A program made the position numbers and the translations under genes. A DNA stretch of 63,364 bases, counting the filler, from Chrysochromulina tobinii (lineage: Eukaryota), in NCBI GenBank assembly GCA_001275005.1. It is 6 parts of 6 records of this genome, joined end to end, with 100 filler letters (N's around TTAATTAATTAA, not from the genome) between each part and the next. Parts side by side here need not be neighbours in the genome. Positions count along the whole stretch, not along the records: positions 55,662 to 59,509 come from JWZX01001473.1; positions 59,610 to 63,364 come from JWZX01001486.1; 4 more parts are not named here. The stretch is one strand, 5' to 3'. Below are positions 56,101-63,364 of the stretch, in pieces. How positions within the stretch are numbered: the stretch's first letter is position 1; each line of letters starts with the position of its first letter. The notes under the pieces are model-generated. The model searched no databases. It was not told where the DNA came from and saw nothing but the letters and a program-made list of their open reading frames with translations.

Positions 56101-59100
56101 TCAAGGCGGCCGCCGTGTACACGCTGTTCGTTCTCTTCTCCGGCCCGTGACGCTCCCCGGGCCTTTGGCATTGTGCCCCTCTCCTTCCTCCAGCCACCAC
56201 CATAGCCGGATTCCTTCTTTGACTCCCTCCATCGCCGTTTGTGCTCTGCCTCGCCTCCTGCCTTCCGCCTGTCGTTGCTGCCCTTCCATGTCCGCCGTCG
56301 TGTCAATCCCTTCCGCCGTGCCACTCCCTTCCGCCGTTTCGACTTCCGCCGTCCGCCCTCGTCCTTTCCCTTTGACATACCATGTCGTGGTCGTGCCTCT
56401 CACCAGTCTCGCCCACGTTGCTAGCGCCCTGATCTTCTGTCCCAACCTCGCCCACCACACCTCAGTGCTCATCCGTCGGAGCCGTCGCGTGGCTCCTCGG
56501 CCTTCTGCAATGGTCATCATCGCTCTCCTCTTTGTTCTGGTACTTTCTGCCTGGGCCTGCGCTTCTCCCTCCGTGAGTTTGTCCAGCCGGATCCTCTGAT
56601 GAGCGTGCCCTGTTGCAGCGTCCCGCCATGCTCGGATCACCAGCTTACTCCATCCCCTGTGCTCCTCTCGTTCCCTCTTCCATGTCTCCGCCTTCCGTCC
56701 TGTCTCAATCGCTGTGTGTTTCAGGTCAAGCGCCAGGTGTACGAGCTGCCTTCTGCGCCCGTCTATTTCCTTCTCGAGCTTCGTGGACGCCTCCGGTACG
56801 TTCGGCAGCTGCGCTGACATGACCTGCGCGTATGCTCGCCATTCCATGTCCGTGACCCTGTCCCCTTGCACCGCTCTGTTCGCTGCCGCCATGGCCCTTA
56901 CGCACACCGCTTTCACCTCCTTTGCGCCCTCACCTTTCAAGTTCTTTACCGCCTTGAAGATGTCCTTCATACCTTCTGCGACCTCCTTTCTGATGACCAC
57001 GCTCGTTCCCGCGCACCTCCCCGTCAGCCAGTGGCGCATCGTGGCCAGGGGCGCCGCATCATCAGGTACCTGTCCTCCACCTGCTGTGATTTCCCTCCTT
57101 GCCCTGAGGCACGCCGCGCATCCCCATTCCCCACATCGCGTCGCCGGGCCTCCCTCCGCTCCCTCTGACCGCTTCCGCCGTTCCCAGGTCTGTTCATGCG
57201 TCGCGCCAATCGTGTCACCGTTCCTAAGGCCCATGATGACTCCCACGCACTGATTGTGTGTTTGCACGTCTTCCCAGGTCGGCTTTGTGATCGTGCACTT
57301 CTCCGACACTTGCACTTTCGTCATGTGTAGTGCTCCGGCTCCCAGCTCTTTCCAGATGGCCCCTTCCTGCCCCGCTGTGATCCTGCCCTTCTCTACTCCC
57401 TTTTCCATGTGCTCCCTTACGTGCTCCGTCGCCCTCTGTCTCGTTCCGCTGTACATGGCGAGGTCTGACATCACCCAGCCCTCACTCGTCCACCATTCGC
57501 AGATCCGCGGTCGTGTCTCATTCCACTTTGCCACTCGGTTCGTGGCGTCCTCGAGTTCGGCATCCAGGTGTGTTTTCGCGCTCGCGTCCGCGTATTCGTT
57601 TGGGGAGCATCCGGTGTGCGCGGGTACATACATGATGACCACGATCCCCATGTGCGCCCGGATTCTACAGATGGCCTCGAGCAGCGCTCGGCGGTCTCCT
57701 TTGGTCTCGTGCCGCACCTCCCCTTCCCTCCATGCTCTCTCGATCTCCTTGATGGCGCTCTGGCAGTCGGATAGGATCAGGATCCTTTTCGCACTCACGG
57801 CCTCCGCTCCCTCCGCGCTTCTCGTTTCCAGGTACACCCGCAGCAGCGCTCGGAACACCGCGTACATCTCCGCGTCCATGACCTCCCACGTTGCAGGCAG
57901 CCGGCCCCCTTCCATACCCCGTCCCGTAGCGCGCTCCTCCATTCCCGGCTCAGCTTGCAGCATTCTGAGTCCCTCCTCCTCGTACGCCCCTTGCTCCCGC
58001 AGCCGGGCTCCCGACCAGATTCCGAACGCCGTCCTCCCGTCGCGATGCTTTGAGCCGTCCGTCGCGAACCGTCTCGCCCCAGTGCACTCTAGCCACTCTC
58101 TGTACGAGGTGTGCACGAGCTTATTCCGCCGGGCCTCTTCGAGCATCTCCTTCATCTCCCTTGTGTTCCGCATGTGTGTCGCCTTCTCCCACGTATCCTC
58201 ATATCCCCCTTCCCACCTGATTCGATATTCCCATCCTCCAAAGCACTCCGGCGCCTTCCTCGCTGCCAGCACTTCGCTCATCGCCCACGTGCCCTCCCCC
58301 CAGTTCTCTTCGGCAAGCCCCTCGTTCCCCTCCCGTCTCGTCTCCTGCGCCGGGGGCCTCCCTTCCGCCGCTCTCATCGTCGCTCTCACGTTCTGTTGTG
58401 CACTCATTTCTGTCATCAGGTGCTCGTACTCTTGCTTCGCCTTTTGTGCACTCCCTTTGAATCCCCACTCCCCTCGTATCTGAGCCCACGTCTTCAATTC
58501 TCGTGTGTGTCCGTCGATGACGTCCTCCCAAGTCGCCATTCCCGCCGCCGCCAGTCGTCTCGAGAAGGTGCATCCCTTTGTCCCCTCCCACGGTCCATTG
58601 ATTGTATCTTCCCAGAGCAGCGGCCCAGCTTCCCGTCGTTGATTTTCCGTCATGATCCACCGCGCTTCCGCGAGTGGTCCCTGCAGCTTCCTTCCCCCCT
58701 GTGTGAGTCTCCCTCGCATGCCCAGCCTCACCCTTGCCTTCAGGTACGCTTCCATGATCACATCCTCTCGGAGCTGATCTGGTCCCTCCATCAGGTGCGT
58801 CGGATGCCATTCGAGCGGGTTCACATCCCTGCATCCGAGCCGCGCGCACGTGTTTGCGAGTTCCGCCTCCACGACCGCTCTCGCTGCCACCCCTTCCCCT
58901 CCCTGCAGCGCCCTTTCCACCTGATCGCAGAGCGCCGCCGCCGCCATCGCGTAGGCGTGCGTGTGCTCTAACCCCGTTCCTCGATTCACGTACATGGTTG
59001 CCTTTGGCAGACCCGTTGTGAAGCCCTTCGCCCTGAGCGCCTCCCCTCTAGCGTTTTCTATTTGTACCGCATCTTCCCAGGTGATCACGGTGGACCTCCC

Positions 59101-59509
59101 GTAGTACCCTATAATTCCCGCCAACGCCAGCTCGATTGCCTTGGCGAGCTGTTCCTCGGAGAGCAGCGGGATGCGTGCGATCAGCCCGATTGCCTGTCTG
59201 CACTTCGCCACCACCTTCTTTCTGACCGCAGTCTGTGCCTCCCCTCGATTCCATCCGGTCGTAAGCTCCGTGCCCAGGTACTTGTACTTGTCGTCTCCTT
59301 CCAATTGCGGGATCGTGGTTCCGTCTGGCATGACCATCTCCCACCCCGTCACATCTCTCTCCGTGCCGTCGCTCTCCCAGTAGGTTGCCGACCAGGCAGT
59401 CTTCTTCTTCCCCTTTACTTGGAGCTTCAGCCCCGCCACTCTGGCTACGATCCACATCGCCTCGAATGCCCTCCTGAGTGTTTGCACGTCGTCTGCGAGA
59501 ATGAGCCCC
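56101..59509 (-). mobile_element. Non-LTR retrotransposon ORF2, 3' part: end of RT, chromodomain, RNase H, Cys/His finger
   Basis: GLKL..KKT and YKYLG (RT C-terminal motifs). Chromo-like EVLAARK...WEYRIRWEGGYEDTWE. RNase H FATDGS / DAEMYA / LSDCQSAI / VPAHTG..PNEYAD. CAAC...HW...C finger. Confidence 0.88.
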
Positions 59510-59690
59510 NNNNNNNNNNNNNNNNNNNNNNNNNNNNNNNNNNNNNNNNNNNNTTAATTAATTAANNNNNNNNNNNNNNNNNNNNNNNNNNNNNNNNNNN
59601 NNNNNNNNNGCGCCGCACCCCCGCGTGCTCGCCCACGCTCCTCGCGTGCTCTGGCACTCGATGACGCCGCGTGTGCTGCATTTGCCACAG

Positions 59691-62348
59691 TTCGGAGCCA
59701 CAGCTTTGATAATGGCCTCAGAGAGAGAGCACGAAGGGTGCGTCCGCCTCCTCCTTGAGGCCGAGGCGATCGAGGTCAACGCCAAGGTAAGCCTCGAGCA
59801 TGCCCTCCCCCAGCACATGCGATGGGTCCGCTTGCATGTACTCATTCCGTTTGGCCTCTCGTTTGTCTTTAGAACATCTACGATTATACAGCATTGCATC
59901 AAGCGGCATACTACGGCCGCCTCGCGATCGCCAAGCGCCTTCTCGAAGGGGGCGCCGATCCGACCCTTCGAACCAGGTCCGGCGAGACGGCCATCAACAT
60001 CGCACGGAGGCAGGGCAAGAGCGAGGTCGTGGCCCTGCTGAGCGAGCCCAGGTACGCGGATGAAGAGCGAACGATGAACGCGACTGCCACGCAGCGGCCG
60101 CGCCGTCCTGGGCACACGCCGTCGGCGGATGGCTCGCCGACGGCGAACAAACGGCGGCGACTCGCCATGGGATGCGGCCGAGAGGACGCGACGGCCGACC
60201 TGCCTCGCGTAAGAGTGCCTTGCGATTGCGCTTCCTTCCCAAGCGATGATTGCTGCCGAGTTGGCGCGTGCCCAGCGCGCCGTGGCCGTGATGGGCACAC
60301 CGGGAGTCGGCGGCACTGGCGGCCTGCGTGGCCACTCTCGTTGCGGCTGCGCCACCGACAGCGCCCCGACGCACGCTCAGGCGCGCGCTCAGGCGCACTC
60401 GGGCGCCACTCAGGCGCACTCACAGGCAGCACTCAGGCAGCAATCAGGCAGCACTCACGAGCAATCACGAGCAATCAGTAGCACTCGGTCGACCCACGCC
60501 GTCGCCCCACGCCGTCGTCCTCGGCGAGGGCGCTGCTGCCGCCACTGCCTCTGACTGCCTAGCCACCTTCACGACCACCCTTCGCAAGCCCTCGCGCTTC
60601 CTGATTGCATGCGATGACGCGCCGTTCTGGGCGCCACTGCACAGCGCCAACAGCGTGCGTTCCCCGTGCGCTTCGAAACAGGGATTGGAAGGCGGAGGCG
60701 GCCAAGGCGAATGCCGACAAGGCGGCGGCCGCGAAGGCGGCAGCGGACAAGGCTGCGGTCGCGAAGGCGGCGGCTGCGAAGGCAGCGGCGGACAAGGCGG
60801 CGGCCGCGAAGGTGGCAGCGGACAAGGTGGCGGCTGACAAGGCGGCGGCTGACAAGGCGGCGGCGGACAAGGCGGCGGCGGACAAGGTGGCGACGGACAA
60901 GGCGGCGGCGGACAAGGCGGCGGCGGACAAGGTCGCGGCGGAGGAGCTGCGGCGCCGAGCCACGGCGCTGGACCTGCTGCAGGTGCTCACGACTGTCGAC
61001 ATCGCCGACGACGCGACGTTGAAGAAGTCGATCGCGTTTTGCGACGAGCACGGCGTGACGAGCGTGTCCGACATGGTTGAGTGCGACCTGGTCGACGACT
61101 TTGTTCGCCATCTCGGCCTAAAGACGGTCCCCGGCAAGAAGCTGCTCAGCATGCTGCAGACACCGACATCCGGACTCGCCGCCCAGTTGAGCGACCACCT
61201 GGCCTCCCCGAGCAGCAGCAGCAACAAGCCCTCGCCAGAGAGTGTGGCCCAGCAGGCGGCGGCGGAGAAGGCCGCAGCGCAGAACGCAGCAACAGAGGGC
61301 ATGGAGTGCAGTTTCTGGTTCGTCAACGCGGACAGCCTGCGGCACGCTGCGACGCCAAGCCTGCCGATGATGCAGACGCTGCGCACACAGGAGCCGCACC
61401 GACTCGTCCAGAAAACGATCGGCTTCGTCGAGGGCATCAGCGGCGCCTATAAGAATCTTCTCGTCGTGAGCCATCGATGGGAGACGCCGACAGATCCAGA
61501 TCCGGACGGCGCGCAGGCTTTGGCGGTGCAGGCCTACCTGAAAGAGCATCCGGAGATCGACGCCGTGTGGTTCGACTTCAGCTCGATGCCCCAAGGGAGA
61601 AACAAGACTCCGAGCGAGTCCGCCGAGTTCAAAGAGATGCTCCCCAACATCAACCTGCTCTACCTGACGTGCTCCGTCCTCATTCTCATGGATCGGAGCT
61701 ACATGAACCGATTCTGGACGCAGTTCGAGGCGTACCTGAGCATGCGGGCGATCACGAGCGACGGTCTGACGAACGCTCGGGATCCAAAGGCGCGTGTGAC
61801 CATCAAGACGGCTGATGACCCCTGATGACCCCTGATGACCCCTGATGATCCTTGATGAGCCCTGATGACCCCTGATGACCCCTGATGACCCCTGATGATC
61901 CTTGATGAGACCTGATGACCACTGATGAGCCCTGATGACCACTGAGTGCCTCCCTCATCAGGCGCGTGTGACCATCACGACGCTCCACAAGCTTCCCGCA
62001 AGCATGGGCGGGGTGCTCGTGGACGAGTGGTCGAACAAGACGCCTGATGAGGCGCACGCGATCCTCGCGGGGCAGGATGTGATTGTCACCAACCAGAGCG
62101 ACAAGGACATCCAGCTCGCCAAGCTCAAGGTGCTCAACGAGCGCCCACTGATTACCTTTGATGGCCTCTGATTGCTCATGATTGACTCAAGTTGACTCTG
62201 ATTCCTTTTGTATGCTCACTAAGCTCAAGACGCTCAAAGCGCCTCTGATTGGCCTCGGTGGTTTCACCTGATGACCACTGAGTACCTTCCTCATCAGGTG
62301 CTCAACGAGCGAGCCCAGTTGGCGTACGCGGTCTCTCGCAATGCCTGA
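59691..62348 (+). CDS. Ankyrin - AADK low-complexity - SAM-like - HET-like domain protein, 5'-partial. Introns 59787-59872, 60052-60681, 61790-61961 and 62130-62297
   Basis: Ankyrin GATALIMAS, TALHQAAYYG and GETAINIA. HET-like VVSHRW..P.DPDPDG, VWFDFSSMPQ, NINLLYL and YMNRFWTQFE. All four introns restore the frame. Confidence 0.8.
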
Positions 62349-63364
62349 GCCATCGATGCCGTTGAGAAGAGAAGATCGAAAGAGAAGAAAGGGTGGGGGG
62401 GATGGGGAGGCGCCGAACATGGCGCTGAATCAAGCCCCCCAACGGGAAACGGCCGCGCTGGGGGGGACTGGGGGGTGGTGGGGAAGGTAACCTACATGGG
62501 TGAGTGCATGGGTGCAAGCAGCATGGGTGCGGGGCATCAAGGTGGGCACCGCATCAAGGTGGTGCCCACCTTCTTGGGCGACGACAACGGCTCCAAGCAG
62601 ATCGACAAGTGTGGTCGCGCGCTACCGCGATCACGCGGCGTTCGGGTGCATTCTTACGCGAAAACGCGCGCGACATGCTCAACAGCAAAACGACGTGCAG
62701 GTGACCCGGACGCTCGAGCACCTGTCGACGCTGCGCTGACGGGGCCGCATGGCGCATGCCGAGGGGCGGCCGCGTGCGGGGTGGGTCTGGGTGTGTTGCC
62801 TGTGAGCTCTCCGCACGTGCAGAGCCAAGGAAAGTGTGTGCATGATGTGTGTGTATGTGGTTCCAGGGTGGGTCGCGGTGCGTCTGGGCGCTTGAGGACG
62901 CGGGGCGGACACGTTGCGGCATGGTGCGCGCTTGGGGAAACGGTGTATCGGGTACAGCTGGAAGTGTGGCGGTGACTATATCTAACAAAGTTACGAGGCA
63001 GTAGTTCCTACTTCCTTGCGTCCCGTCGTACCTCGTGTTTCACGAGACAGCAGCCGATAAGCTACAGCTCGGACGGCGAGGCTGCCCAGGCTTTGACGCG
63101 CACGCGCCGGCTGTATCTGCGCCGGCCGAGGCCGTCGCCTCCGTCTGCTTGAGCTCTCTCTCAGACCCTGGCGGGCTCGCGTCAGGGCGTTGGCGATGTC
63201 GAGAGCTCGCATGTCGCATGGTAACGGCATGGCGGCAAGGAGGGCCTCACGCGGCTGCACCGCCGTCGTAGCAGCTTGCAGGGCCTGCGGCGCTGCCGAC
63301 GAGGCCTGCGCGGTGAAGATGGTGTTGGAAGCTTCAGAAGTCGCACACTCGGTGGCGTACTCAA

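Noticed and set aside
59488..59509. ILADD as the catalytic RT motif
   Set aside because: Spacing to the GLKL/KT motif, compared with the other LINE, places the true catalytic DD just inside the gap
62475..63364. ORFs at the right end of the window
   Set aside because: No recognisable domain or consistent coding signal

Overview
GC-rich eukaryotic genomic DNA with spliceosomal introns. It is probably a haptophyte/microalga, which is inferred from gene content and composition only. Six contigs are joined by artificial 100-nt N-spacers carrying a TTAATTAATTAA linker, so adjacency across spacers is not evidence of linkage. Recognisable genes include an aldehyde dehydrogenase, two SDRs, LpxA, CFAP73/CCDC42, MON2, RPL11, a DUF218/YdcF protein and an IQ-WW protein. 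Immune-like genes include a HET-NACHT-LRR NLR with inserted RRM-like and FG-repeat segments, a second NACHT-LRR and an ankyrin-HET protein. Mobile and repeat DNA includes two non-LTR retrotransposons (one with a chromodomain), a pogo-type transposase and a 190-bp satellite. The most striking signal is a set of about 11 related short introns in four unrelated genes. Most begin with a 14-39 bp copy of the exon that follows, which supplies the GT/GC donor. They end with one of two shared cassettes that supply the acceptor (GCAAGTGCTCACCACGGCG...CACAG, or CTGAT-rich 10-mers...CCTCATCAG). This looks like recent introner-like intron creation through long, variable-length target duplication.
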